Positions 1 through 8,377 of a stretch of DNA of 13,049 nt are shown here, piece by piece; the stretch's first letter is position 1; the number at the start of each line of letters is the position of its first letter. The position numbers were made by a program, and so were the translations under genes. The stretch lies in the NCBI GenBank assembly GCA_001192655.1, contig BBVC01000010.1, positions 1-13,049 of the forward strand, read 5' to 3'. The DNA comes from Caedimonas varicaedens. GTDB lineage: Bacteria > Pseudomonadota > Alphaproteobacteria > Caedimonadales > Caedimonadaceae. The notes under the pieces are model-generated. The model ran no database searches, was not told where the DNA came from, and was given only the letters and a program-made list of their open reading frames with translations.

Positions 1-3000
1 CCGTCTCTCTTGAAACGCCGGGGAATGTGTGTATTAAAAACCCTGTCAACGCCCATTGGCTGGCCATTAAAAGCGCGCGTTGTGACATTCTCACGTCCCT
101 TGAGGCGGATGTTCTCAACCTGGCCATGAGCGAAGAGGCGTGTCGTGTGAGGGGTTCCGTCAATGTGCATCACATGACCGTTCATGAAGGAGGGCTCCAT
201 ATTCAACAGGGCGGTTCTCTCTCCCTGTTCAAAGGTGGAAAACTGGTCTTGCATGACAAGCCTCTTCTCAATGAACATCTTCTGGAATCCCTGGAAGGCT
301 CCTGTCAGATTACCGCACCCGGGATTGAGAATCATGGACAGATCACCGCCCGTCAGGGACACTTAACCCTGGAGAGTCCTGTTCTGGTCAATGGAGATCA
401 GGGGCTGATTTCCGGGCATCAGGTTACCCTTCAGGGAGATTCCCTCCTCAATGAAGGAGTCATCGGTGTTGACGATCTGCAGTTGGCAACCGAAACCCTG
501 TTGAACCGAGGTCGTCTAGCCGCCCATCATCTCTCGGGATGGTTGGGGAAGGGTCGCAATCAGGGCGATCTCTTAGGCTATGGGTCCCTGGATCTGGAGA
601 TCCGGGATCACTTTACAAACATGCAGGACATTCTCAGCACTCAACAGATCACTCTGACGATGGCAGGGCATCTGGACAATCAGGGGGACATTGTCTCAAA
701 AGGATTGCTCTCTCTCAAGGGAAAGGGGACGCTCGCCAATCATGGCACCCTTCAGAGTGGGAAAGAGGGATTGACCCTTGAAACAAACAAAGCCGTCAAT
801 ACCCGCCTCATTCAGGCAGAAGGAAATCTGCTTCTCAACCCTGGAGAGGAATGGGTCAATGAACAGGGCGGATGGGTTCATGCCCTTGGATTGACCGAAA
901 TCAAAGGTAAGGGAACACTCATCAATCGGGGAAACCGGCTTCAGGAGGGACACTGGCTGAATCCCGATCTTGAAGGGGCAGGATTGACCCTGGAAGATGC
1001 CTTGTGGTTTCATGCTTTCCGGGGCACCGTCATCAACGAAGGATCCTGGATGACCCAGGGACGGGTTTCCGGCAACCTTCATCATCTTGAAAACCGCGGG
1101 TACTGGCGTGCGGGAATCATGGGACTTGAGATAGGAACGTTCCTCAACCAGCCCACAGATCTTCTGGTGGGTGGCATGGTGGAGGCGCCGGGCTTCTGGC
1201 GCGTGGGCAAAGGGACGAATCACGGCATCCTCCAGGGAAAAACCCTGGACATTCATGTGGGAGAAGAATTTATCCAATCCCCAAGAGGAGCTGTCAAGGG
1301 AGAGGACTCCCTCACGTTTGACGGCGAAGGATCGGGACATCTTTCTCTGGCAGGAGAAACCCTCAGTGACCAGTCAATCCTCATCAATGTGAAAGAATTT
1401 AACAGTACGGGCCATATGAGCGCCCCAGAGATCACTCTGGGAGAAAAGGTCAACCGATGGATTCAGAATAAAACAGGAGAATGGGTTTTTAAAACGCTGT
1501 GTCTTCTGGGATCTCAGACCCTGGGTCTCACTGAAGGATGGATTCAAGGAGATCTTCTCACCGGACAGGGCATCCTGACAAATGATGGCGCTCTCCAGTT
1601 TAAAAAGATCCATATGACCGGAGGATCCCTGGAGAACAAACAAGGGGCTGAGATGGATCTGGGCAGCGTCGATCTGACCCTTGACGATCTGCTCAATAAC
1701 GGGGATCTGACTCTGGGCAAGCTCATCACAGCACAGATTAAAAGAACACGCAATGGGGGCAGTCTCCTCTTTTCCCAGAGCGGAACACTCCAGGGGGATT
1801 CTTTCCTCAATACCGGACGGATCATAGGACAAGCAGACCTGAAAGTGGTCATGAGGCAGTCCCTGAAGCAAGAGAAGAAGCTTCATACTGCAGGACGTTT
1901 GCTGTTACAAGCACCTTCTCTGAGCGATAAGTCAAGCAGTCAAACCCTGTCCGATCAGTCCTTAACGCTCAACGTCAGTCATCCTTTTTTCTCTCAGGGT
2001 CTCTGGAAAGGCACAACGTCCTTTGATCTGCAAACCCCTTCCTGGCACCATGAAGGAATCCTGGAATCCCCAGGGCAAACAGACATCCGTCTGGGGCGTC
2101 AACATCTGACCAACACGGGAACCATGACGCTTACCCAGTTGTCCCTCTTCATGAATCCGGGATGTGAACTGATCAATAAGAAGCAGATGACCCTGCTGGG
2201 GATTCAGTCCCTCAGTCCGGGGATAGGCATCAGCAATACGGGCAAACTCCAGGTTCAAATGGCCGCACAGAACACGCCCACAGTGTTGGTCATGGAGCGT
2301 CAAGAGCAGGACATCACCTCTGCGCTTTCTTTGTCACGCCTGCAAACAGGATCCTTTTCCGGCATCAATGCCAAAGGAACTCCGGGATTCCTGGATCGAG
2401 AAAAAGGACTGATCTATCCGGCACCCTGGACACCTCTGCTGCCTGATCTCTTCCTGCCCAAAGAATACACCAAAGATCCTCTGGATCCTGTGTTATGGGA
2501 AGAAATTCGGAACTATGCCTCAGAGATGAACAGCACCATCAAGCGCGACAGCTCCCTATGGAAGGAAAGCGTTTTTATTCTCGATCCCCTCTTCTATATC
2601 ACGCGCAATGCCCTCCGTGGTTTCCTGGCGGATATTCATGACAACAGCAGAGACTATGCGCCTTATGCTCGCTCAACGTTGGAAGAAAAGATTCAGGATC
2701 AAGCCGCCCGTCATCTCCAAGAGGTGGGACGGCTCAAGTTGGGGCTCTTTTGTAATGCGTCCTTTCAGACAATGGCGGGAAATCAAGAAGCTCTGGAAAG
2801 AGGTGGGTTTTATCAGTCATGGAGACGGGGGCATTATTTTATTCCCTATGAACAGTACTATCAAGACTACGGATTTATTCCGATCGGAAAAAAATTAGCA
2901 GAATGGGACAAAGACCGGGGCGTCACCAAAAAGCTTGTTCCTCGCTTGATTGAGCAAGGTCTTCGCTTTTTAAAGAACACGCGCCAGTGGTTTGGAACGC

Positions 3001-6000
3001 TCTCCCATCCTTATGCTCTGACGCAAAATATAAAGGGCAATATCGCGGTATCCTCACCCTATGGGCCTCTGGTTTATCCACTCTTTGCTGACGAGCGCCT
3101 ACAAGGAGATGCCTACCTTCCAAAGACATTCCGCAATGACAATCGTAATGCGTATCTCTATCAAGAGATCGCCCGCTACATCGATGAGAATCTGGACAAG
3201 AGTCAGGATAAAGAGGGCACATTCTTAGGCTTGTCCCGCAAGCACGCCCTCTATCATCTGGATCCGCTGTTTTATGTGACGCGACAGGCCGTGATGTTTT
3301 CTGACGGCAAGTCAAAGGAAGATATTGCTGCGGAGATGCAAAAGGCTTTTGCCTATCATATCTTCATGACGCCTCTTTACACAAAGGATAAGAAGGGCGA
3401 GATCACAAACGTTCTCACCCCCCGCCTTCTGGACAAGGGCTTTGTCCTCTTCCGGGATAACAGTCTCAAGTGGTTGCATCTGTCTCGTCTGGCCAATGAT
3501 CATGAACTGACTCTTTTAGGAGGAACCTGGTATCTGGATCAGCTGGTCAATTATAAAGACGGCGTGATTCACACCGGCACAGGAACCGGCTTGCATTATA
3601 CAAACCTGCGCAACAACGGGATCCTTCGAGCCCATGACGGAGGACTGGAGGTAGAAGGCGATGACAATGCCAGAAACCTCTGGCGTCTTCAGTCCGAAGA
3701 TGATCTCACCTTCAAGCTCAGTGACCACATGGATGCCTCCGGGTTTCTGAAAGATTACCGCAAATACTGGAAACTTAATGGAACGCTCACGATAGAAGCA
3801 CCCTGGTTTCATCATGTAGACCCTGACACCGTTCTTCCCTATCCCTTGAGGATTGTCACCCAGGATTTTCTCAATGTGGGTAAGATCAAGACACCCGGCA
3901 TGGAGGTGAGTGGCGGTGGTAGATTTCGTAACGGGCTGTTGAGTCAGCAACGATGGGGAGAGCTTCTCAGTACGGACTTTATGACTATTGAGATGTATTC
4001 CCTCGATAATGAATGGGGACGCTTGAAAAGCCATGGCTCCATGGTCTTGCATGCTCTGGGGGGCAATATTGAAAATGGCGCCCTGGTCAAAACCACCAAG
4101 ACGTCTTTACCAACTCCTTATCATCTGCCTTATAGTCGGTATAGCGGACAATATGAACATTGGTCTCATCTTTCCGATCTCATTCGTGGAGGCGATTGGG
4201 TACAAGGATGGGGAGAAAATCCTATCAAAGTCCATCATGGCAATCAGGCGGTTATTGCCTGCAATGATACCCTGACCATGATCGCTGATCAGGGCAATAT
4301 CCACAATGATTACGGCAATATCTATAGTGCCCGGGATCTGACGCTCACTCATCCCAAAGGGCATATGAGAACCTTGGCGGGAAATCTCTGGACACACGGC
4401 AATGCCACCATCACAGGACAACGATGGAGCGCGGAACGGACACCTGGAGAAAGTTACCTCTATGAAACGTATTGTAAGGGAAAGAAAGGGGCAGGAAGTA
4501 AACAATGGGAACGCAGAATTCATCTGGATACCTCCGATCCGTCTTCTGTAAAGATTTTAGGGAATCTCTTCTTGCAGGTGAATGACACCCTCATTGACGG
4601 CAGTTCTTTGCTGGTGGGGGGACATATCTATAACAGCGGGAAAAACCCCCTCAATCTGCAAGCCTTGCCCTCCTCTTTCAAAGTCAAGGCCAGCCATGGG
4701 GGCAAACCTTCCCTCGTCCAAGCCCATCAGAGTATTCTCATCAATGCCGGACAGTTTTCTGTAGAGGGTTATCGAGAAGTGGGTGGCAAGCCTCTGACGC
4801 AAACAATTATGATTGATCTGGCAGAGGTCGCTGAAGCCATGATGAAGGGCAATCCCCTTATAGGATATGCCGCTTCCTCTTCTCGTCAGCCTCGTATTAC
4901 TTTTGATGGTGAAACCGGTGCTGGAGAACAGAGTGATCTTTATACAAATGCCGTGATGCTCAATGGACAAAGTCCCCTTGTCGGCAGAATGCCCTATATG
5001 GATGCCCGCGTGTTCCAGTTTGTGTTGATGGAAACCTTAGCCTCTTATGCGGGAACCCTCAGCTTGAAGAGTTTTCAGGGGCTCACTTGGGAAGGACAAA
5101 CCCGCGCCCTCTTCCGCCAGGGACAAAAGATTGCTCAAAAGAAACAGGGAGCATTGACCCAAAAGGATCTGGAAGGGTTGGGAACATCTGCCCTGTTCCT
5201 CAAACGTAAGCAGATTGCAGGGATTGATTATGATGTGGCTCAGTTCGTCCTGGGGACTCAAGACAGAAATCCCACGGGTCATGGCAACACAACCCTAACA
5301 GCACCTTCGATCACAATTCATGCTGATACCTCTCTGGTTAAAAATGCAACCCTGGTGGCGACACAGGAAGGCGTTACCCTCAATGCATCTCAAAGCTCTC
5401 ATATGATGGGAACGCTTTATGGAGAGAAATTTGTGCATCATACGGCACCTCTCAGTATTTTGGAACGACCTGTGGATCGATGGATTGAAGAGGTTACTGA
5501 ACGCAGAACAAGCAGCGGAATGTTCAGCTCTACAACCACAACAACCAAGCGCAAGATTGAACGCATGGAAGTTCTCACAGGGGGACGGATGCTGACGGGT
5601 AAGGGTGGCACCCTCAACATCAAAGCCCACGATCTCTTCTCGATCGGTTCTCAGCTCTCCGCAGGAAAAGGCGGGATTCAAGTGGAGACCACAGGGCATT
5701 TTGAAGATCGTCGCCTCATAGAGACGATATGGGATCACTATCATGCGGAGAAGCACGGGAGTTATGGAGAGGGATATTCTGAAGAAGGCTATGTGAGCAC
5801 AGAGGCTATCCATCCTTCTCTTTGGAAAGCAGACGGAAATATCATCCTGCATCATCAAGGACAAGCCCTGTATCATGCCTCTGATCTTCACTCAGAAGCC
5901 GGTGATATTGAGATTATCGCCCGGGGCAATCTGGCCTTTCCCGGCGTGAAGACCACCCAAGAGGAGACGCCCACCCTCAGTATTAGCGGCACCAAGATTG

Positions 6001-7787
6001 AGAAAACTGTGGGCACACGGGAAAGGGGTTATATTGCTTCTGTGAAGGCACCCCATGGCCGCCTGACCCTCCAATCCCTGGAAGGAAACATCACAGGAGT
6101 CAGACCCCACATCCTTAGCCAGAGCACCCAGATGAAAGCCAAGAAGATTGATCTTATGGAAGAGGCCGACTTCCGCAAGACGCTCAAAAGAGAGCAGCAG
6201 ACGTTCGTGGTGGGGTCAACGGTGGATCCGGGACTCAGAATGGTGATGGATGCAGCCCTAACTGTTGCCTGCCCCGCCCTTGGTGTTGTTGGGAGTCATT
6301 TTGTGTCAGCTCTGATTTTTAACAATGGAAACCTCAGCGATGCCTTCAGGGAAGCGACCTCTCAGGATGCTCTGAAAAGCTTGGGAACAAAGATAGCAAG
6401 TGCCATGATCTTGAAAGGGATGAGTCTTAATGCACCGGTGGGAGGTGACTTTATGGATCATCTCTCTTATCAGATGCAAAAATCCCTCATCGAGATAGGA
6501 ACAAAAGCCGTCATTTATCAGGACAAGATTGAGGATGCACTGCAAGATGCGCTCACCCAGGGACTTATTAATTCAATTGCCAGTTATGGCGCGCAGTCTA
6601 TTGGCAAGGCTTTTGATACAGGAAAAGGCACAGGTGACTATCTCTTACATAAAACAGCTCATGGTCTCTTGGGAGCCGCTAAAGGCTATGCCCTGGACAA
6701 GAGTAAGGAAGGCGCTCTTTCAGGGGCTTTAGGGGCTGTGGTGGCTGAAGTGGTCGCGGAACAAATGACCGATCGCGCTGAAGTGAAGCGGGGTGTTGAA
6801 AAGCAAGCGCTTGAAGAAGGATGGGTGCATGATACAGACAGAATCAATGAGGAATTTAGAGACAGGCTCCAGCCCACACTGGACAAAACCAAGCTCGTAG
6901 CAGGGATGCTCGCGCTTGCTTCAGGACAGAAGGTAGATATTGCCCTGCAAACAGCTGCCAATGCTCTGGAATATAACTTCATCAATTATGCGGCAGGGAA
7001 CATCCTCGAAACAGAGCTGGAAATCATTCAGGAGAACAGCGAGTTTGATCCGTCATGGGGCATGGAGAGGGTCGGATATGAAATGGCTAGGAATCCCTTA
7101 CAAGCAAAGGAGGATCTCCTGGATACAGGCCATATAACAGCACAAATACTCAATTACCCCTATGGAGCTATTACAGGTGTCTATGAGGTGGGAAGTGGTT
7201 ATGTCAGGGGGGACTATACAGGACAACATGCTTTGTTCCTGGCAGGAATAGATCTGATCCCTGGCAAGAGAATCGCTGATGTTCTCCGCAAGGGAGGAAG
7301 TAAAATTGGAAAGGCACTTTTAAAGGGTGACAGGATTGAGATTCCACCTCTCAATGACAAAGCAAGGCAGAAAATGCACGGGATATCCTCAACAGATGTG
7401 CCTCAAAATAGGGTTGCCTATGAAAAATATCTTGCAGAAAAAAGATCTGAATTGACTCGGGAAGAGGTTCACTCAGTGCAAGATATTGACCTCAAAAGAT
7501 TTATGGAAAAAAGATATAAGGAAACAGATAAAATATGGGGTGGGGGAACAGGAAATGCTGTGAGATACGAAAAAGCGACCGGTCAGTCGGTTGGGGGTAG
7601 AAAGCACTCCCAAAAAGCTGAAGATTCCATACCATTCTTGGAAAAATGGCTGGAGAATCATCCTTCAAAATTATCAATACATCCTAAAGACTTTCAAGAC
7701 AAGGGAATCATTCCAGGATCATCACATGACAGGCAAATTGCTGAACAAGTTTTAAAAGAGCTTAAAAATTCTTTGGGGTTGAAGTAA
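1..7787 (+). CDS. cdiA: CdiA-like contact-dependent inhibition exoprotein (TpsA / filamentous haemagglutinin family polymorphic toxin), 5'-truncated by the window edge
   Basis: There is one uninterrupted frame-3 ORF. The frame has no stop from nt 3 to the GTG at 27, so the gene continues upstream; the TPS domain, signal peptide and any cdiB are not visible. The translation shows degenerate FHA-type beta-helix repeats (LLNEGVIG, LLNRGRLAA, LDNQGDIVS, LANHGTLQS, LINRGNRLQ) up to about nt 2250. A non-repeat Tyr/Pro-rich centre follows. A second haemagglutinin-repeat block spans about nt 4200-6200 (NIHNDYGNIYSARDLTL, GGTLNIKAHDLFSIGSQLSAGKGGIQVE, AGDIEIIARGNLAF). Next comes a Gly/Ala-rich pretoxin stretch (HGLLGAAKGYALDKSKEGALSGALGAVVAEVVAE), then ALEYNF, then a non-repeat tail. 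The stop TAA is at 7785-7787 and a small ORF starts 3 nt later. Confidence 0.85.
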   Translation, partial: VSLETPGNVCIKNPVNAHWLAIKSARCDILTSLEADVLNLAMSEEACRVRGSVNVHHMTVHEGGLHIQQGGSLSLFKGGKLVLHDKPLLNEHLLESLEGSCQITAPGIENHGQITARQGHLTLESPVLVNGDQGLISGHQVTLQGDSLLNEGVIGVDDLQLATETLLNRGRLAAHHLSGWLGKGRNQGDLLGYGSLDLEIRDHFTNMQDILSTQQITLTMAGHLDNQGDIVSKGLLSLKGKGTLANHGTLQSGKEGLTLETNKAVNTRLIQAEGNLLLNPGEEWVNEQGGWVHALGLTEIKGKGTLINRGNRLQEGHWLNPDLEGAGLTLEDALWFHAFRGTVINEGSWMTQGRVSGNLHHLENRGYWRAGIMGLEIGTFLNQPTDLLVGGMVEAPGFWRVGKGTNHGILQGKTLDIHVGEEFIQSPRGAVKGEDSLTFDGEGSGHLSLAGETLSDQSILINVKEFNSTGHMSAPEITLGEKVNRWIQNKTGEWVFKTLCLLGSQTLGLTEGWIQGDLLTGQGILTNDGALQFKKIHMTGGSLENKQGAEMDLGSVDLTLDDLLNNGDLTLGKLITAQIKRTRNGGSLLFSQSGTLQGDSFLNTGRIIGQADLKVVMRQSLKQEKKLHTAGRLLLQAPSLSDKSSSQTLSDQSLTLNVSHPFFSQGLWKGTTSFDLQTPSWHHEGILESPGQTDIRLGRQHLTNTGTMTLTQLSLFMNPGCELINKKQMTLLGIQSLSPGIGISNTGKLQVQMAAQNTPTVLVMERQEQDITSALSLSRLQTGSFSGINAKGTPGFLDREKGLIYPAPWTPLLPDLFLPKEYTKDPLDPVLWEEIRNYASEMNSTIKRDSSLWKESVFILDPLFYITRNALRGFLADIHDNSRDYAPYARSTLEEKIQDQAARHLQEVGRLKLGLFCNASFQTMAGNQEALERGGFYQSWRRGHYFIPYEQYYQDYGFIPIGKKLAEWDKDRGVTKKLVPRLIEQGLRFLKNTRQWFGTLSHPYALTQNIKGNIAVSSPYGPLVYPLFADERLQGDAYLPKTFRNDNRNAYLYQEIARYIDENLDKSQDKEGTFLGLSRKHALYHLDPLFYVTRQAVMFSDGKSKEDIAAEMQKAFAYHIFMTPLYTKDKKGEITNVLTPRLLDKGFVLFRDNSLKWLHLSRLANDHELTLLGGTWYLDQLVNYKDGVIHTGTGTGLHYTNLRNNGILRAHDGGLEVEGDDNARNLWRLQSEDDLTFKLSDHMDASGFLKDYRKYWKLNGTLTIEAPWFHHVDPDTVLPYPLRIVTQDFLNVGKIKTPGMEVSGGGRFRNGLLSQQRWGELLSTDFMTIEMYSLDNEWGRLKSHGSMVLHALGGNIENGALVKTTKTSLPTPYHLPYSRYSGQYEHWSHLSDLIRGGDWVQGWGENPIKVHHGNQAVIACNDTLTMIADQGNIHNDYGNIYSARDLTLTHPKGHMRTLAGNLWTHGNATITGQRWSAERTPGESYLYETYCKGKKGAGSKQWERRIHLDTSDPSSVKILGNLFLQVNDTLIDGSSLLVGGHIYNSGKNPLNLQALPSSFKVKASHGGKPSLVQAHQSILINAGQFSVEGYREVGGKPLTQTIMIDLAEVAEAMMKGNPLIGYAASSSRQPRITFDGETGAGEQSDLYTNAVMLNGQSPLVGRMPYMDARVFQFVLMETLASYAGTLSLKSFQGLTWEGQTRALFRQGQKIAQKKQGALTQKDLEGLGTSALFLKRKQIAGIDYDVAQFVLGTQDRNPTGHGNTTLTAPSITIHADTSLVKNATLVATQEGVTLNASQSSHMMGTLYGEKFVHHTAPLSILERPVDRWIEEVTERRTSSGMFSSTTTTTKRKIERMEVLTGGRMLTGKGGTLNIKAHDLFSIGSQLSAGKGGIQVETTGHFEDRRLIETIWDHYHAEKHGSYGEGYSEEGYVSTEAIHPSLWKADGNIILHHQGQALYHASDLHSEAGDIEIIARGNLAFPGVKTTQEETPTLSISGTKIEKTVGTRERGYIASVKAPHGRLTLQSLEGNITGVRPHILSQSTQMKAKKIDLMEEADFRKTLKREQQTFVVGSTVDPGLRMVMDAALTVACPALGVVGSHFVSALIFNNGNLSDAFREATSQDALKSLGTKIASAMILKGMSLNAPVGGDFMDHLSYQMQKSLIEIGTKAVIYQDKIEDALQDALTQGLINSIASYGAQSIGKAFDTGKGTGDYLLHKTAHGLLGAAKGYALDKSKEGALSGALGAVVAEVVAEQMTDRAEVKRGVEKQALEEGWVHDTDRINEEFRDRLQPTLDKTKLVAGMLALASGQKVDIALQTAANALEYNFINYAAGNILETELEIIQENSEFDPSWGMERVGYEMARNPLQAKEDLLDTGHITAQILNYPYGAITGVYEVGSGYVRGDYTGQHALFLAGIDLIPGKRIADVLRKGGSKIGKALLKGDRIEIPPLNDKARQKMHGISSTDVPQNRVAYEKYLAEKRSELTREEVHSVQDIDLKRFMEKRYKETDKIWGGGTGNAVRYEKATGQSVGGRKHSQKAEDSIPFLEKWLENHPSKLSIHPKDFQDKGIIPGSSHDRQIAEQVLKELKNSLGLK
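2454..3500 (+). repeat. Diverged tandem duplication of a protein domain inside the central (putative receptor-binding / YP-like) region of CdiA
   Basis: Two collinear protein segments start 663 nt (221 codons) apart. The first pair is LPKEYTKD..VLWEEIRNYASEMN...SVFILDPLFYITRNAL (2454-2615) against LPKTFRND..YLYQEIARYIDENL...ALYHLDPLFYVTRQAV (3117-3293). Further on, KLVPRLIEQGLRFLKNTRQWF matches VLTPRLLDKGFVLFRDNSLKWL. The similarity is at protein level only and the DNA has diverged. Confidence 0.6.
6966..6980 (+). other. L-E-Y-N-F pretoxin/toxin boundary motif (positional equivalent of VENN / Nx(E/Q)LYN)
   Basis: The context is LVAGMLALASGQKVDIALQTAANALEYNFINY. It sits directly after the Gly/Ala-rich pretoxin stretch and 269 codons before the stop, which is the usual position and context of the CdiA toxin demarcation motif. 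Confidence 0.55.
6981..7784 (+). other. CdiA-CT variable toxin region (PT-TG-like segment about 7155-7298; terminal toxin domain about 7470-7784)
   Basis: The region has no FHA repeat character. G+C falls stepwise in my hand counts of single 60-nt lines: 35/60 at 301-360 against 20/60 at 7621-7680 and 20/60 at 7741-7800. It contains GVYEVGSGYVRGDYTGQHALFLAGIDLIPGKR and the motif GGGTGNAVRYEKATGQSVGGRKHSQKAEDSIPFLEKWL (7539-7616 and onward). Confidence 0.65.
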
Positions 7788-7790
7788 CAG

Positions 7791-8264
7791 ATGGATGAAG
7801 AAATAAATTATGATAAAAAGTTCATGGACGATTTTTATCGAAACTTTCCAGAAATAAATAAAGAATTTAAAAAACATCTCGTAGAAAAACAATATTTTGA
7901 TTTTAAACGAGATGCTAAAAAATATTTTAGCCAAATGTGTGGGCTGTCTGATTATATTTTATTTCTCTTTGAACAAAAAGAAGAGATGAAGTTACAGAGA
8001 ATATTACTCTTTATAGAAAACTCTATTGGTCAAAATAAAGAAACAGATGAAAGCATAGAAGTTTTTATTTTTGAAGATATTATAAATGTTCTGCGAGGAA
8101 GAGATAGCGATAATGGCACTCATTCCATGACGGAGTTTGAGAAATTGTTAGGACAAAGATCAATCAATCTTTGCAGAAAAAATGAGGTGTTATGGAATAG
8201 TTTAGATAGAGAACCCAAAAGCCTTGCTAATATGATCAGATTCTTAAAAGAGCAAGACAACTAG
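7791..8264 (+). CDS. cdiI: Putative CdiI-type immunity protein (157 aa, acidic, probably all-helical; no family recognised)
   Basis: The ATG lies 3 nt after the cdiA stop on the same strand. The size is typical of CdiI proteins. There is no signal peptide or TM segment. The gene is very AT-rich (13/60 G+C at 7801-7860). The assignment is positional only. Confidence 0.6.
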   Translation: MDEEINYDKKFMDDFYRNFPEINKEFKKHLVEKQYFDFKRDAKKYFSQMCGLSDYILFLFEQKEEMKLQRILLFIENSIGQNKETDESIEVFIFEDIINVLRGRDSDNGTHSMTEFEKLLGQRSINLCRKNEVLWNSLDREPKSLANMIRFLKEQDN

Positions 8265-8377
8265 TCTGGTTTGCATTATAGGAACGAAAATAGGATGGAG
8301 TAGAAAAGAGAGTCTGCTCAAAGAGAGTGTAGTTATTTAATTTGATGAAATTTAATTGTATGTTTAAGAGGGTTTGC

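Noticed and set aside
27-29. The GTG at 27 as the true start of the giant ORF
   Set aside because: The same frame has no stop from nt 3 to 27. The first residues are already mid-way through FHA-type repeats, with no signal peptide or TPS domain. The gene is simply cut by the window edge.
184-6985. Many 60-214-aa ORFs on both strands inside the cdiA coding region (e.g. 696-1340 -, 1374-1886 -, 3516-4052 -, 4107-4523 -, 5295-5891 -, 6686-6985 -)
   Set aside because: All are fully embedded in a 7.8-kb ORF with clear protein-family character. Their translations are low-complexity or Cys/Arg/Ser-rich shadow frames, and I saw no RBS or independent signals.
8342-8377. The TTG at 8342 as the start of the kinase-like ORF, as in the ORF track
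   Set aside because: The ATG at 8378 has a well-spaced AAGAGG RBS and yields a canonical signal peptide. The extra 12 residues from the TTG (MMKFNCMFKRVC) have no upstream RBS that I could see. The earlier start cannot be excluded.
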